A stretch of 64,000 bases of DNA from an uncultured Neomegalonema sp. Lineage in GTDB: Bacteria; Pseudomonadota; Alphaproteobacteria; Rhodobacterales; Rhodobacteraceae. The DNA lies in NCBI GenBank assembly GCA_937911325.1, contig CALDSD010000093.1, positions 1 to 64,000 on the forward strand. The letters run 5' to 3'. Position numbers and translations under genes: made by a program. Positions 1 through 10,860 of this stretch are shown one piece after another (within the stretch, counting starts at the first letter, position 1; every line of letters begins with the position of its first letter). The notes below the pieces were generated by a model. It saw only the letters and a program-made list of their open reading frames with translations. It was not told the DNA's origin and ran no database searches.

Positions 1-1
1 G

Positions 2-940
2 CTAGCCGACGCCCGATATGTCGAGCTGACAAAGCCCGCTGGCGCCTTGGGGCGCTTGGAGGAGCTCGCCATCTGGTATGCCGGCTGGCGCGGAGATCCA
101 AAGCCAAACCTGCAGCGCCCGCAGATCCTTGTGTTCGCGGGAAATCATGGCGTGGCGGCGCGGGGCGTCTCGGCGTACCCGACAGATGTCACAGCGCAGA
201 TGGTCGCCAATTTCGAGGCGGGCGGCGCGGCCATCAACCAGCTTTGCAATCTGCACGGGGCGGCGCTGACGGTCATACCGCTTGCTTTGGACATACCGAC
301 GGCCGACTTCACGAAAACAGCCGCCATGACGGAAGACGAGTTCGCCTCCGCCCTGTCGGCTGGGTGGACCGCCGTCGATCCGGACGCCGATTGCATACTG
401 TTGGGCGAGATGGGCATCGGCAACACGACCAGCGCCGCTGCGATCGCCTGTGCGTTGTTCGATGGTCGGCCCGAGGCTTGGGTCGGAGCTGGAACCGGCG
501 TCACGGGCGACGCTTTGCGTGCAAAGCAAGAGACGGTCAAACTGGGGATCGCGCGCCATGCTGACGCGCTGGTCAATCCGATTGAGGTTCTCCGGCGTCT
601 TGGCGGGCGCGAACTGGCGGCGATCGCTGGCGCGATCATGCGCGCAAGACAGGAGCGCATTCCCGTTATCCTCGACGGCTTCATCTGCTGCGCGGCGGCG
701 GCGCCTTTGCTGAAGCACGCGCGACGGGCCTTGGATCATTGCGTCGCCGCGCACAGGTCGGCCGAGGTCGCGCATGGACGGCTGCTGAACGAAATGAACC
801 TAAAACCGGTTCTGGACCTCGACTTACGTCTCGGCGAGGGATCCGGGGCGGCCGTCGCATTGGGTGTTCTGAAAGCCGCGCTCGCATGCCACTCCGGCAT
901 GGCGACGTTCGCTGAGGCGGCGGTTTCAGGAAAAACCTAG
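2..940 (+). CDS. cobT: nicotinate-nucleotide--dimethylbenzimidazole phosphoribosyltransferase CobT (5' end outside window)
   Basis: Frame continues open upstream of the listed TTG at 47. It translates as ...[15 protein letters not shown]..., the conserved CobT N-terminal motif, followed by GEMGIGNTT. Confidence 0.85.
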   Translation, partial: LADARYVELTKPAGALGRLEELAIWYAGWRGDPKPNLQRPQILVFAGNHGVAARGVSAYPTDVTAQMVANFEAGGAAINQLCNLHGAALTVIPLALDIPTADFTKTAAMTEDEFASALSAGWTAVDPDADCILLGEMGIGNTTSAAAIACALFDGRPEAWVGAGTGVTGDALRAKQETVKLGIARHADALVNPIEVLRRLGGRELAAIAGAIMRARQERIPVILDGFICCAAAAPLLKHARRALDHCVAAHRSAEVAHGRLLNEMNLKPVLDLDLRLGEGSGAAVALGVLKAALACHSGMATFAEAAVSGKT

Positions 941-2082
941 GAGGCGAACACGCGGCGAAGAACCTCTTCGTAGACACGGCTGAGCGCCGCGATTTCGGCC
1001 ACGGGAGCACGCTCATCCACCTGATGCATGGTCTTGCCGACGAGGCCGAACTCGACGACAGGGCAATGGTTCTTGATGAACCGTGCGTCCGATGTGCCGC
1101 CCGTCGTGGACAACTCCGGCGTGACGCCGGTGACCTTCGCGACCGCCTCGGCGACAATCCCGCTGAGCTGACCGGGAGGCGTCAGGAAACTCTCTCCCGA
1201 GAGTTTCGTCGTCAGTCCGATCGCGACGCCGTCGACGGAGGCTGCGTCTGCTTCCTGCGTCAGCCAGTCGATCAAGGATGCGCCGGTATGGCCGTCGTTG
1301 AACCGGATGTTCAGCGTGGCCCGCGCCTCGCTCGGTATGACATTGTTGGCGGGGTTGCCGACATCGATCGTTGTTAGGGCGAGCGTTGACGCGTCAAAGT
1401 GTTCATTGCCCTCATCCAGCGTATGACTGGCGAGGCGATCGAGCAGTTTCACCAATGGCGGCAGAGGGTTGCGCGCTCGGTGCGGGTAAGCCGAATGCCC
1501 CTGGACGCCGGTCGCGGTCAGGTAAGCGGTCAGACTGCCCCGGCGGCCGATCTTGATCATGTCGCCAAGCGTCTCGCGGCTGGTCGGCTCTCCAACAAGG
1601 CACAGATCGACTTTCTCGCCTTCCCCCTCCATCCAATCGAGCACGGCGGCCGTTCCGTGCACCGCGTCGCCTTCCTCGTCGCCAGTGATCAACAGCGAAA
1701 TCGACCCACTGGGCGGCGTCTCCGTCACGAACTTGCACGCCGCGGCGGCAAAGGCTGCAACGCCGGACTTCATATCAGTGGCGCCACGCCCAATCACCTC
1801 GCCGTCTCGGATCTCCGCTCCAAAGGGATCAGCGGTCCACGCAGCGCGTTCGCCGATCGGCACGACATCGGTATGTCCGGCGAAACAGAAATTCGGCGCG
1901 GCCGTCCCCCAGCGGGCGTAGAGATTCGCGATGCCCTCCACGTCGATGCGGCGACACACGAATCCGTGCGCGGTCAGAAGATCCTCCAACAGCGCAAGCG
2001 CTCCGCCCTCGGCCGGCGTGACGGACGGGCAGCGGATCAGGTCTCGCGTCAGCTCAACGGGATCAGGCAGCGTCGCCATCAA
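937..2082 (-). CDS. dapE: succinyl-diaminopimelate desuccinylase
   Basis: 381 aa, M20 peptidase family with the DapE-type motifs ([17 protein letters not shown]). It overlaps the dapD stop by 4 bp. Confidence 0.9.
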   Translation of the reverse strand: MMATLPDPVELTRDLIRCPSVTPAEGGALALLEDLLTAHGFVCRRIDVEGIANLYARWGTAAPNFCFAGHTDVVPIGERAAWTADPFGAEIRDGEVIGRGATDMKSGVAAFAAAACKFVTETPPSGSISLLITGDEEGDAVHGTAAVLDWMEGEGEKVDLCLVGEPTSRETLGDMIKIGRRGSLTAYLTATGVQGHSAYPHRARNPLPPLVKLLDRLASHTLDEGNEHFDASTLALTTIDVGNPANNVIPSEARATLNIRFNDGHTGASLIDWLTQEADAASVDGVAIGLTTKLSGESFLTPPGQLSGIVAEAVAKVTGVTPELSTTGGTSDARFIKNHCPVVEFGLVGKTMHQVDERAPVAEIAALSRVYEEVLRRVFAS

Positions 2083-2924
2083 TCGCGCAGGAGATCGTTG
2101 ATCGAGGTTTTTGAGCGTGTCTGAGCGTCGACGCGTTTCACGATGACGGCGCAGTAAAGGCTTGGTCCGGGGTCTCCGTTCGGGAGCGGCTTGCCCGGCA
2201 TCGAGCCCGATACGACCACCGAATAGGGCGGCACTTCGCCGATATGCACTTCACCGGTGGCGCGATCGACGATCTTGGTCGAGGCGCCGATGAAGACGCC
2301 CATCGCCAGGACCGACCCTTCCCGCACGATCACGCCCTCGACCACCTCGGAGCGCGCGCCGATAAAGCAGTTGTCCTCGATGATTGTCGGACCAGCCTGC
2401 ATCGGCTCGAGCACGCCGCCGATCCCGACGCCGCCCGAAAGGTGCACGTTCTTACCGATCTGCGCGCAGGAGCCGACGGTGGCCCACGTGTCGACCATCG
2501 TTCCCTCATCGACATAAGCGCCGAGATTGACGAAGGACGGCATCAGAACCACGCCGGGGGCGACATAGGCCGAACGGCGAACGACGCAGTTCGGCACCGC
2601 GCGGAACCCTGCTTCTGTCCATTCCGCTTCGCCCCAACCATCGAACTTCGATGGCACCTTGTCCCACCACGTCGAATGGCCCGGCCCGCCGGGGATCGGC
2701 GCCATATCGTTCATACGGAACGACAAAAGCACTGCTTTCTTGAGCCACTGATTGACAGTCCAGGTCCCATCGGGCGCACGTTCAGCGACGCGTTCTTCGC
2801 CGCGGTCCATCATATGCAAGGCCGATGTGATGGCTTCGCGGGTGGCTCCGCCGGTGTCGGGGGTGATTTCCGCCCGCGCCTCCCAGGCGGCTTCGATGGC
2901 GGCTTCAAGCTCGGCGTGCGACAT
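2079..2924 (-). CDS. dapD: 2,3,4,5-tetrahydropyridine-2,6-dicarboxylate N-succinyltransferase
   Basis: Hexapeptide-repeat transferase with a DapD-like N-terminus ([17 protein letters not shown]). Start moved to the internal ATG at 2924, which has a GGAGG RBS. Confidence 0.9.
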   Translation of the reverse strand: MSHAELEAAIEAAWEARAEITPDTGGATREAITSALHMMDRGEERVAERAPDGTWTVNQWLKKAVLLSFRMNDMAPIPGGPGHSTWWDKVPSKFDGWGEAEWTEAGFRAVPNCVVRRSAYVAPGVVLMPSFVNLGAYVDEGTMVDTWATVGSCAQIGKNVHLSGGVGIGGVLEPMQAGPTIIEDNCFIGARSEVVEGVIVREGSVLAMGVFIGASTKIVDRATGEVHIGEVPPYSVVVSGSMPGKPLPNGDPGPSLYCAVIVKRVDAQTRSKTSINDLLRD

Positions 2925-3064
2925 AGGTCCTCCAAGAGTAATCGCGGCGGACCATAGAGCCGGGCGTCGGTCGCCGCAATTGCCGGAGGCGCGCAAAGTA
3001 AACTCGTGCTCTAAGAGGCGCAGATTGAACGAAACCGCATGGTCCGCGGACAGGAGAACTCTCG

Positions 3065-3901
3065 ATGACAGACACGGATAGCCGCATTTCCAGGTTTAAA
3101 GGCGTCCAGGAAGATCTTGAGACCGCGCAGAGAATTCCGCCAACGCCTCAATCGAGCGCCCCTGCCTACAAACTGGCCTTCACCGATCCCGACTTTCTCA
3201 AGCGCGAAGAGCTGCGGCCCGTGCGTCTGCAGCTTGAGCTTCTCAAGCCGGAGATCATCCTCAGCGAGCGCGGCGTGCGCTCGACGGTGATCATGTTTGG
3301 CGGCTCCAGGGTTCCACGTCCGGGCGAAGCGCCGAACGCGCCAACCCAAAAGGTGCGGAAGAACCTGGCGAACGTCGCGAAATACTATGACGAGGCTCGG
3401 CTTTTCGCGCAGCTTTGTTCGAAAGAGTCGCTCAAGCACTATGGCCATGAGTTTGTTGTGGCGACGGGCGGCGGACCCGGCATCATGGAGGCTGGGAACC
3501 TTGGTGCCCAGGAAGTTGGGGCCGCCTCGATCGGCTTCAATATCTTCCTCCCACACGAGCAGGCGCCGAACGCCTATGTCACGCCGGATCTGTGTTTCAA
3601 CTTCCACTATTTCGCGATCCGCAAGATGCACTTTCTGATGCGCGCCAAAGCGATCGCAATCTTCCCCGGCGGCTTTGGCACGCTCGACGAGTTGTTCGAG
3701 GTGCTGACGCTGATCCAGACCCAGCGGATGGACCCGGTGCCAATCGTTCTGTTCGCCGAAGCCTTCTGGCGCAAGATCATCGATTTCGAGGCGCTGAAAG
3801 ATGCGGGGACGATCTCGGCGGAGGACCTCAAGCTGTTCACGTTTGTCGAGACGGCCGATGACGCCTGGGGACTGATCAGACAGCACTATGGTCTCAGCTG
3901 A
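3065..3901 (+). CDS. LOG family protein (cytokinin riboside 5'-monophosphate phosphoribohydrolase-like, TIGR00730 type)
   Basis: Carries the GGGPGIMEA and [12 protein letters not shown] motifs; 278 aa. Confidence 0.8.
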   Translation: MTDTDSRISRFKGVQEDLETAQRIPPTPQSSAPAYKLAFTDPDFLKREELRPVRLQLELLKPEIILSERGVRSTVIMFGGSRVPRPGEAPNAPTQKVRKNLANVAKYYDEARLFAQLCSKESLKHYGHEFVVATGGGPGIMEAGNLGAQEVGAASIGFNIFLPHEQAPNAYVTPDLCFNFHYFAIRKMHFLMRAKAIAIFPGGFGTLDELFEVLTLIQTQRMDPVPIVLFAEAFWRKIIDFEALKDAGTISAEDLKLFTFVETADDAWGLIRQHYGLS

Positions 3902-4873
3902 CTAGCGCGCCGCATCCACCTCGAGTTGCAGCAACACGGTGGACTGGAAGCTATTGAAGTTGTCGTCCGACAAAACCGTCACAATGACGGCTCCGTCCGC
4001 GCCGCGTTCGACGACAACGCCTTCCATGTTGTCAATTCCACTGTCGGGCCCAAGGATCGCCAGCGTCTCACCGGCGCCAAGGTCGTCCATGTCGAACGAG
4101 GGCTCCGCAAAGCGACGGAGCCGCATCCAGACGCCGCCCAACAACGTAAAGCGGCGCTCGAGCAGATAGAGGGCGCCGTCAGGACCAAAATCCAACCCGG
4201 TCGGGGAGAACCCCTCTGAGCGCTCGAACGTAAACTTCGACCAGCGCCCACGAGCCAGACGGTACCCCAGATTGCGCCGACCGAGCATCGCACGCGGGCC
4301 TGTCGCACGTTCAGCAACCACGACAAGCGCGCCATCCGGAGCTCTCGCCAGACCTTCAAAGCTCCGATTGCCGCTGACAAGCCGATTTGGCGGTTGAGGG
4401 GTAAAACGGCGTTCTGCGGACTGGAGCGTTTTGAACAAACCCAGACGATGTGTCTGTTCAAACGAGACCAAGACGCCATCGGGCGTCGCCTGCACCCCCT
4501 CGGCGTCGCCGCCGTCTTTGTCGAGAGCAAGACCATCCGGCCCAAGCATCGGCCGGATCTCGCCACCCTTCACGTCGATCAACCGCCCTTCGCTGTCTCG
4601 CACCAGCTGCATCGAGACGAAGCGACCTTGATCGACGACGGCGGTCAGGCGGTCGTCTTCGATCATCATGCCGGAAAGTCCGCCAAAGCCATGATGGGGC
4701 GAGGACAAACGCAACGCTGACACAAAACGCGCGCGGCTTCCCGCGAGGGCGTCGTCAGGCATCTCGAACTGTTCGGCTTCGATCTCGATCGGCGCCGCTG
4801 CTGCCCAGAGCGCATGCCCGAGAAGCGCCGCGACAACCAAACTCCGCGCCAGAACGCGTTTATGATGCGTCAC
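3902..4873 (-). CDS. secreted esterase-like/phytase-like family protein
   Basis: N-terminal signal peptide and a repeat-rich beta-propeller-like sequence typical of the 'esterase-like activity of phytase' family. It is convergent with the LOG gene. Confidence 0.55.
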   Translation of the reverse strand: MTHHKRVLARSLVVAALLGHALWAAAAPIEIEAEQFEMPDDALAGSRARFVSALRLSSPHHGFGGLSGMMIEDDRLTAVVDQGRFVSMQLVRDSEGRLIDVKGGEIRPMLGPDGLALDKDGGDAEGVQATPDGVLVSFEQTHRLGLFKTLQSAERRFTPQPPNRLVSGNRSFEGLARAPDGALVVVAERATGPRAMLGRRNLGYRLARGRWSKFTFERSEGFSPTGLDFGPDGALYLLERRFTLLGGVWMRLRRFAEPSFDMDDLGAGETLAILGPDSGIDNMEGVVVERGADGAVIVTVLSDDNFNSFQSTVLLQLEVDAAR

Positions 4874-5739
4874 CGCGTCACCAAGCTCCGGCAGGCTTCC
4901 GGGAGATCCGCAAGCGTGACCGCCTTCCGGACCTTCTTGGGCCCAGGCTTAGGCTTGGGATTGAGCGCTTCATCGGAGAACCACCACGCCAACGTCGCAT
5001 CGCACCCATCCCCGGGCGGCGGCGGATCCTGCGCCTGACAGCCCGGCGATCCCGGCGGGCAATGAAGCCGGACATGAAAGTGATGGTCGTGCCCCCACCA
5101 CGGCCGCACCTTCCGCAGCCAGCCGCGATCATCGCCGCGGTCGCGCGCCTGTTCGCACAATCCCTGCTTGATCGCGGCGTTCACAAAAATCCGGGCGACG
5201 CCCAGATCCTCGGCGGCGGCGCGGATCACGTCGTAATGTTCGGGCGTCCACGCCTGGCTGAGCGACTTGCGGTCTGGCGCGACGACGTTGAACGAGGAGA
5301 GTTTCTCGCGCTCCTGCCGTGTGAGTTCGCGGTCGGGCGCCGGACGCATCCAAAAGTCCGCGTCGATGCCCGTTTGATGGGATCGATGACCCGTCAGCAT
5401 CGGCCCGCCGCGCGGCTGTGCGATGTCGCCGACCAGAACGCCGGGCCACCCAATCGCTTGCGCGGCGGTGGAGAGCCGCTCGATGAACGCGATCATGCTC
5501 GGATGGCCGAAGTTGCGGTTCCTGGAGAGCCGCATCGCCTGCCACCCCTCGCCGGTCGGCGCCAGACGCATCGCGCCCGCCAGACACCCCTTAGAGTATC
5601 CGCCGAAGACCTCCGGTGCCTGCGGGCTCGGATCAGCGACGGCGCCAAAGAGCCGCTTCGCCGGCTCTGTCTCGGCGCTCGCAACCGGAGCAGCCAAGGG
5701 GAGCGTTAGAACAATCAGCAGCAGCCAGCTTCGCGCCAT
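4870..5739 (-). CDS. mepA: penicillin-insensitive murein endopeptidase MepA (peptidase M74)
   Basis: Signal peptide and the HDHHFHVRL metal-binding motif characteristic of MepA. Confidence 0.8.
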   Translation of the reverse strand: MARSWLLLIVLTLPLAAPVASAETEPAKRLFGAVADPSPQAPEVFGGYSKGCLAGAMRLAPTGEGWQAMRLSRNRNFGHPSMIAFIERLSTAAQAIGWPGVLVGDIAQPRGGPMLTGHRSHQTGIDADFWMRPAPDRELTRQEREKLSSFNVVAPDRKSLSQAWTPEHYDVIRAAAEDLGVARIFVNAAIKQGLCEQARDRGDDRGWLRKVRPWWGHDHHFHVRLHCPPGSPGCQAQDPPPPGDGCDATLAWWFSDEALNPKPKPGPKKVRKAVTLADLPEACRSLVTR

Positions 5740-5795
5740 AGCAAGTCATCTCAACGTCGATGGACTTTCCTGGCGCAAGACTGAAGCGATCGCGC

Positions 5796-7595
5796 CTAGT
5801 TGTCCATCTTCAGCGCGTTGATGAAGGCCTCCTGCGGGATCTCGACCTTGCCGAACTGCCGCATCTTCTTTTTACCGGCCTGCTGTTTCTCCAGCAGTTT
5901 GCGCTTGCGCGTCACGTCGCCGCCATAACACTTCGCAGTGACGTCCTTACGCAGCGCGCGGACGGTTTCGCGCGCAATGATGCGACCACCGATCGCCGCC
6001 TGGATCGGCACTTTGAACATGTGCATCGGGATCAGTTCTTTGAGCTTTTCGCACATGGCGCGGCCACGGCGTTCCGCCTGGCTGCGGTGGACGATCGTGG
6101 ACAACGCGTCGACCGGCTCGTCGTTCACGAGGATCGACATCCGCACCAGGTCGCCCATCTCGTAACCGTCGATCTGGTAGTCGAAGCTCGCATAGCCCTT
6201 GGTGATCGACTTCAGGCGATCGTAGAAGTCGAACACCACTTCGTTCAGCGGAAGCTTATAATTCGCCATCGCACGCGAGCCCGCGTAGGTGAGATCCTGT
6301 TGCACCCCGCGCCGCTCCTGACAGAGCTTCAGGACGTCCCCCAAGTAGTCGTCGGGAACGAGGATGTTCGCCTGGATCCAGGGCTCCTCGATATGGTCGA
6401 TCTTTACTGGGTCGGGCATGTCGGCCGGATTGTGCATCTCGATCATCCCGCCATCCGTCGTGTAGACGTGATAAACCACCGACGGCGCTGTCGTGATCAA
6501 ATCGATGTTGTATTCGCGCTCAAGCCGCTCGCGGATGATCTCAAGGTGCAACAGACCCAGGAAACCACAACGGAAGCCAAACCCGAGCGCCGCAGAAGTC
6601 TCCATCTCGTGGCTGAAGGACGCGTCATTGAGGGCAAGCTTCTCCATCGCGTCGCGCAAGTTCTCGAATTCGGCGCTATCGACTGGGAAGATCCCACAGA
6701 ACACCACCGGCTGCGCCGGCTTGAAGCCCGGCAGCGGCTCCTCGGTTTGGCGGCGCTCTTCGGTGATCGTGTCGCCAACCCGTGTATCCGAAACCTGTTT
6801 GATCGAGGCGGTGATGAACCCGAGTTCACCTGGTCCCAACTCGTCGATGGTCATCATTTTCGGGATGCAGACGCCGACGCGGTCGATAGGATAGTAATCG
6901 TTCTTCGACATCATCCGGTTCTTCTGGCCCTGTTTCAGAACACCGTCGACGACGCGGACAAGAACGACCACTCCGAGATACGCGTCGTACCAGCTATCCA
7001 CCAGCAACGCTTTCAGAGGCGCATCGCGATCGCCGCTGGGCGCTGGTAGACGCTCGACGATCGCTTCGAGCACATCTTCGATACCAAGACCCGTCTTCGC
7101 AGAAATATGCACAGCGTCGCTGGCGTCGATCCCGATCACGTCTTCGATCTGCTCAGACACCCTCTCCGGCTCCGCCGCGGGGAGATCGATTTTATTAAGG
7201 ACCGACACAATCTCGTGGTCCGCGTCAATCGCCTGGTAGACATTTGCAAGCGTCTGCGCCTCGACGCCTTGGCTGGCGTCCACGACCAACAGCGATCCTT
7301 CGACCGCCAACATCGATCGGGAAACCTCGTAGGCGAAGTCCACATGCCCTGGGGTGTCGATCAGGTTGAGAATGTAATCTTCGCCGTTCTTGGCTTTGTA
7401 GCGCAGACGAACCGTCTGCGCCTTGATCGTGATGCCACGCTCTCTCTCGAGATCCATCGAGTCGAGCACCTGCGCTTTCATCTCGCGGTCTGAGAGCGCG
7501 CCGGTCGTCTGGATCAGCCGGTCGGCCAGCGTCGACTTTCCGTGGTCGATATGCGCGACGATCGAGAAGTTTCGAATGTGAGAGAGATCTGTCAT
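5796..7595 (-). CDS. lepA: translation elongation factor 4
   Basis: Full-length match to LepA, including [21 protein letters not shown]. Start set at the ATG at 7595 ([10 protein letters not shown]). Confidence 0.95.
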   Translation of the reverse strand: MTDLSHIRNFSIVAHIDHGKSTLADRLIQTTGALSDREMKAQVLDSMDLERERGITIKAQTVRLRYKAKNGEDYILNLIDTPGHVDFAYEVSRSMLAVEGSLLVVDASQGVEAQTLANVYQAIDADHEIVSVLNKIDLPAAEPERVSEQIEDVIGIDASDAVHISAKTGLGIEDVLEAIVERLPAPSGDRDAPLKALLVDSWYDAYLGVVVLVRVVDGVLKQGQKNRMMSKNDYYPIDRVGVCIPKMMTIDELGPGELGFITASIKQVSDTRVGDTITEERRQTEEPLPGFKPAQPVVFCGIFPVDSAEFENLRDAMEKLALNDASFSHEMETSAALGFGFRCGFLGLLHLEIIRERLEREYNIDLITTAPSVVYHVYTTDGGMIEMHNPADMPDPVKIDHIEEPWIQANILVPDDYLGDVLKLCQERRGVQQDLTYAGSRAMANYKLPLNEVVFDFYDRLKSITKGYASFDYQIDGYEMGDLVRMSILVNDEPVDALSTIVHRSQAERRGRAMCEKLKELIPMHMFKVPIQAAIGGRIIARETVRALRKDVTAKCYGGDVTRKRKLLEKQQAGKKKMRQFGKVEIPQEAFINALKMDN

Positions 7596-7660
7596 GTTCG
7601 GGTTATGGGTGCGCTTCCGGACACCGTCAACGTCAGATCGCCGCACCTATCGCCGCGCCC

Positions 7661-7692
7661 CAAAAGTTAAAGAGGCCGCTCAACCGAGCGGC
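7661..7692 (-). terminator. putative rho-independent terminator downstream of the hypothetical gene 7747..8118
   Basis: 7-bp GC-rich stem (GCCGCTC/GAGCGGC, loop AACC) followed on the minus strand by TCTTTAACTTTT. Confidence 0.45.
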
Positions 7693-7746
7693 TTCCTCCC
7701 CCCTTCATCCTGAACTCGCATGTTGCAGAGCGTAGAGGCGGCTTGT

Positions 7747-8118
7747 TCAAGCTGCGAGGGGCATCTCCACAACGTTGCGCGCCGGGGCCGACAGAGGCGC
7801 GGCAGCGGCGTCGCCCGTTAGGAAAACAAGAGCGCCGGAGACCAAACCCGCGACCGCCGAGCGCCCAAAGAGACGCCCTTCAGCCAACTCCGTGAACCCT
7901 TCGGCGTCCGAAGGCGCTTCGGCGATCAGAGCACCCGACGTACGAGCGCGAGCGACCACGTAATCCGGCCAGTCCGCCGACAGATCTTCCTGGGTCGTCA
8001 GGGCCACGCCGCCATCGTCGCCAAACAGGGCGCGAAAGCCCTTTTCAGCCACGGTCGCATCTTCGACGACAACGAGGGAACGGACAGCTGGGGCGGTGGT
8101 CGGCATGCTCACATACAT
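7747..8118 (-). CDS. hypothetical protein
   Basis: 123-aa ORF with a GGAGAA RBS 7-12 nt upstream of the ATG at 8118. No confident family assignment. Confidence 0.5.
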   Translation of the reverse strand: MYVSMPTTAPAVRSLVVVEDATVAEKGFRALFGDDGGVALTTQEDLSADWPDYVVARARTSGALIAEAPSDAEGFTELAEGRLFGRSAVAGLVSGALVFLTGDAAAAPLSAPARNVVEMPLAA

Positions 8119-8219
8119 TGGCTTTCTCCTGCCTCGGCGGGGACTGTCGCCCGCGTTGTTGATGTTTTGTTCCTACATTAACGATGAGAACAAAACAAGA
8201 TGTTTTCTTAATGTTCTCT

Positions 8220-8227
8220 CACTTTTT
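8220..8227. repeat. target-site duplication (left copy)
   Basis: CACTTTTT directly abutting the left IR; identical to 11113..11120. Confidence 0.8.
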
Positions 8228-8250
8228 GGCGATTATATACCTTGCAAACC
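8228..8250. repeat. IS left terminal inverted repeat
   Basis: GGCGATTATATACCTTGCAAACC; its exact reverse complement is at 11090..11112. Confidence 0.85.
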
Positions 8251-8301
8251 CGCTAATGTGATGCCATATCTAGCTTACTGAGAGCACTGGGGTTTTCTGA
8301 A

Positions 8302-9225
8302 ATGTCCATTCTTTCAAAAGCTTACTTCCACGACGAGGCTGCGGCCTTCGAGTACCTGGAGAACATCCTATGGCCGGACGGCCCGGTTTGCCCCCATTGC
8401 GGCGGGTACGAGCGCATTTCCAAGATCAAGGCGAACCCGGAGAAGCGGGTCCGTCAGGGCCTGCACAAGTGCGGTCAGTGCAAAAAGCAGTTCACGGTGC
8501 GTGTCGGCACTGTCTTTGAGGCGTCCAAGGTCGAGCTGCACAAGTGGCTGCAGGCGGTGTACCTGATGTGCGCCAGCAAGAAGGGCATCAGCGCGCACCA
8601 GCTTCACCGCGTTCTGGAGGTCACCTACAAGACCGCATGGTTCATGGCACACCGTATCCGGGAGGCGATGCGTTCGGGAGACCTTGGCCCTTTCGGCCCG
8701 ATGGGCGGTCAGGTCGAGGTGGATGAAACGTTCATCGGCCACGACAAGACCCGCCCGGTTGAGCGCGGCTACCAGCATAAGCACAAGGTTCTAGCGCTTG
8801 TGGACCGCCGCACGGGCAAAGCGAAAACGATGGTCGTTGATCGCCTCGCTAGCCGTGAGTTACTGCCGATCTTGAAAGAGAACATCTCTGAGGAAGCACG
8901 CGTCTACACCGATGAGGCTGGCTGTTACCGCCGCTTGCGCGACCACTTCCTGCAGCTCCAGTCGGTGAAGCATAATGATGGCGAGTACGGTCGTGGCGAG
9001 GTCCACACAATCACCGTCGAGGGCTACTTCTCGATCTTCAAGCGCGGCATGAAGGGTGTCTATCAGCACTGCGCCAAGAAGCACCTGCATCGGTACGTCG
9101 CTGAGTTTGAGTTTCGCTACAATAATCGGGTGGCCAACGGTGTAGGCGACGCCACAAGAACACGAGTTGCATTGGCGGCCGCAGTTGGGAAGCGACTGAC
9201 CTATCGGCGGGCTAACGTCGAATAG
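8302..9225 (+). CDS. IS1595 family transposase (N-terminal zinc ribbon + DDE_Tnp_IS1595/ISXO2-like domain)
   Basis: CPHCG...CGQC zinc ribbon, then VYTDEAGCYRRL...KHLHRYVAEFEFRYNNR, which is typical of IS1595/ISXO2-like transposases. Confidence 0.9.
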   Translation: MSILSKAYFHDEAAAFEYLENILWPDGPVCPHCGGYERISKIKANPEKRVRQGLHKCGQCKKQFTVRVGTVFEASKVELHKWLQAVYLMCASKKGISAHQLHRVLEVTYKTAWFMAHRIREAMRSGDLGPFGPMGGQVEVDETFIGHDKTRPVERGYQHKHKVLALVDRRTGKAKTMVVDRLASRELLPILKENISEEARVYTDEAGCYRRLRDHFLQLQSVKHNDGEYGRGEVHTITVEGYFSIFKRGMKGVYQHCAKKHLHRYVAEFEFRYNNRVANGVGDATRTRVALAAAVGKRLTYRRANVE

Positions 9226-9427
9226 TTGAGTCGGATCAAAGGGATAGCAAAAATATCCACATCTTGTTGGAATCGTTGAACGATTTACCCACATGTAGTA
9301 TGTTCCAATTGGTGGGCCGCCGGGTCGCTCGGGTCGGCAGCGAAAGTGACTGAGGGCGTCCATAGGGACGGTTGGCGCTCTAGGAAGCTGGCCTAGAAGC
9401 CCTTGGATTAGACGAGTCCGGGGCCCA

Positions 9428-10282
9428 CTATTGCCTGGGGTATCCGTAGTATCGGAAGACCTCGGATTGCTCGGGCAGTAGCTTGGCCCCTTTCAGCGAG
9501 GGTAGCAGCTTCACACCGTAGCCGGCAGCGGTGTTTGCAGGGTCGTCTCGATACTTTGCCATTCGTGGGCGCAAGAGCTTCGCGAAGCGCGGATCACAAG
9601 CGCCGGTGTTGTGCACGTCGGATCCTTTAAAAAACGAACTTGCAACGACATCCGCGAGTTGCAGACCAGCGCGTTCGTAATGTGGAAAAACCTTAAGTAG
9701 ATCGTAGTCAATGACCTCCCAGTGTATTTTGCCAAACTTCAGAAAGGTATTTTCGCCCTGATAGCTGATCCAGCGATAGTATGCATTCATCTGTGGGTAA
9801 GAAAGTCCGCCGCGGTTACTGTACTCAATGCGAACCTTTTTCGGCGTTCCGAACTCTTTTTTCGAATGCCAATAGACAAAGTCCGTGACCCGTTCCAAAA
9901 GTACCCTTGTCATCCAGCAATAAAACCAATTTCGAGATGGGATATTTTCGGCGAGAGGATTTCGGTAGCCGCGCATATTCTTCTTATTCGAGCAGACTAC
10001 AAAATATCTTGCGCTAAGCTCTGCTAGGCGCTCACATACAAATACTTTCTTGTTTTCCGAGAGGTTTGAAAAATGCAGGGTGCGTGCTTGGTGTCGCCAA
10101 AGCCCGTCTTTAATGCTTTGAACCCAGTGCTTGACCTCGTCTTCGCGCGAAGCCTTCACGACTACGCCTGAGATCATGAGCCACTCGCTCGAACCATTCT
10201 CGTCGATCGGCCGAATGCGCTTAAGGCCGTCGTCGCCAGCCTCATCGATGTACGCTATATAGTGATAGGGCTTTCCATTCAT
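9428..10282 (-). CDS. DUF3800-like protein (IS passenger)
   Basis: 284 aa. The N-terminal YIAYIDEAGDDG resembles the conserved YIDESG motif of DUF3800. GC content is visibly lower than the surrounding genome. Confidence 0.55.
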   Translation of the reverse strand: MNGKPYHYIAYIDEAGDDGLKRIRPIDENGSSEWLMISGVVVKASREDEVKHWVQSIKDGLWRHQARTLHFSNLSENKKVFVCERLAELSARYFVVCSNKKNMRGYRNPLAENIPSRNWFYCWMTRVLLERVTDFVYWHSKKEFGTPKKVRIEYSNRGGLSYPQMNAYYRWISYQGENTFLKFGKIHWEVIDYDLLKVFPHYERAGLQLADVVASSFFKGSDVHNTGACDPRFAKLLRPRMAKYRDDPANTAAGYGVKLLPSLKGAKLLPEQSEVFRYYGYPRQ

Positions 10283-10293
10283 GGCAGGATTTG

Positions 10294-10467
10294 ATGTCTG
10301 CGGATAAATTGAAAAAGAGTCAACGGGATCGCTTCAAAGAAGCCGCCCACGAGCTGGAGGCCAGTCAAGACGAGGAGCGTTTTAAGGACGCGCTGAGGCA
10401 GATCGGCCAAGCCAAACCACCCGACAAGGACAAAACCAAGGACGACGACCAGAAGCCCGGCCAATGA
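10294..10467 (+). CDS. small highly charged hypothetical protein (57 aa, IS passenger)
   Basis: ATG at 10294 with AGGA 5 nt upstream. Translates MSADKLKKSQRDRFKEAAHELEASQDEERFKDALRQIGQAKPPDKDKTKDDDQKPGQ. It is below the 60-aa cutoff of the ORF track and is preferred over the hydrophobic antisense ORF 10279..10464. Confidence 0.35.
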   Translation: MSADKLKKSQRDRFKEAAHELEASQDEERFKDALRQIGQAKPPDKDKTKDDDQKPGQ

Positions 10468-10495
10468 GCCGGGCTTCGCATTTATGGAGGACCGA

Positions 10496-10681
10496 ATGAC
10501 GGAATGGACCTACCGCGCGCAGGCATGGGTCTGGCGCGCCGTCGCGCAACTAGTGCCGACGTGTTTTTTGCAGTGGGAGCTTCAGCGACGCCCTGGTGTT
10601 GAGGCGATCCGGCGCGGGATCGGCGAGAGAGCCGAGGTCGCGGCAGACGGCCCCTGCACCGTGACGATCAACCGAGACTAG
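10496..10681 (+). CDS. hypothetical protein (61 aa, IS passenger)
   Basis: ATG preceded by GGAGGA (4-nt spacer); Trp-rich. Its stop overlaps the convergent KTSC gene. Confidence 0.3.
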   Translation: MTEWTYRAQAWVWRAVAQLVPTCFLQWELQRRPGVEAIRRGIGERAEVAADGPCTVTINRD

Positions 10682-10860
10682 TAGCGGTCTCGGATATGGT
10701 CGCTGAAGAACGTTCCCTTTGAGGGCGCCCGCAAGAACGCGAGGTAAACGTGCTCCGGCACTCCGTGATAGTCGTACCGTCCGCTCTCATGGAACCAGAT
10801 GGACAGCGTTCCCGCGTCCCATTCGATCCGTCCGATTGCGGAGGAGTTTACAAATGGCAT
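10678..10860 (-). CDS. KTSC domain-containing protein (IS passenger)
   Basis: 60 aa from the ATG at 10860 with an AAGGAGG RBS. IEWDAGTLSIWFHESGRYDYHGVPEHVYLAFLRAPSKGTFFSDHIRDRY matches the KTSC domain. Confidence 0.7.
   Translation of the reverse strand: MPFVNSSAIGRIEWDAGTLSIWFHESGRYDYHGVPEHVYLAFLRAPSKGTFFSDHIRDRY

Noticed and set aside
5760-7049. 429-aa + strand ORF antisense to lepA, and similar long ORFs at 20568..22625, 21079..21867, 29791..30702, 33618..35333, 39070..40476, 40681..42180 and 46917..48251
   Set aside because: These are typical high-GC shadow ORFs. They are low-complexity and Arg/Ala/Pro-rich, and they lie entirely inside well-supported genes on the opposite strand.
8268-8280. 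13-bp identity ATCTAGCTTACTG shared with 52610..52622 upstream of the AT-rich lipoprotein gene
   Set aside because: The match does not extend into the flanks. A single 13-mer coincidence is expected by chance in 64 kb, so it is not evidence of a second IS end.
9305-9430. Possible structured RNA between the convergent transposase and DUF3800 genes (GTGGGCC...GGCCCAC closing stem)
   Set aside because: Only a 7-bp closing helix and short internal stems could be drawn by hand. This is insufficient to call an ncRNA, and the region is more simply a convergent terminator.
10279-10464. 61-aa hydrophobic minus-strand ORF between the DUF3800 gene and the next ORF
   Set aside because: It is antisense to a better-supported + strand 57-aa ORF with an RBS and has the composition of a GC-frame artefact.
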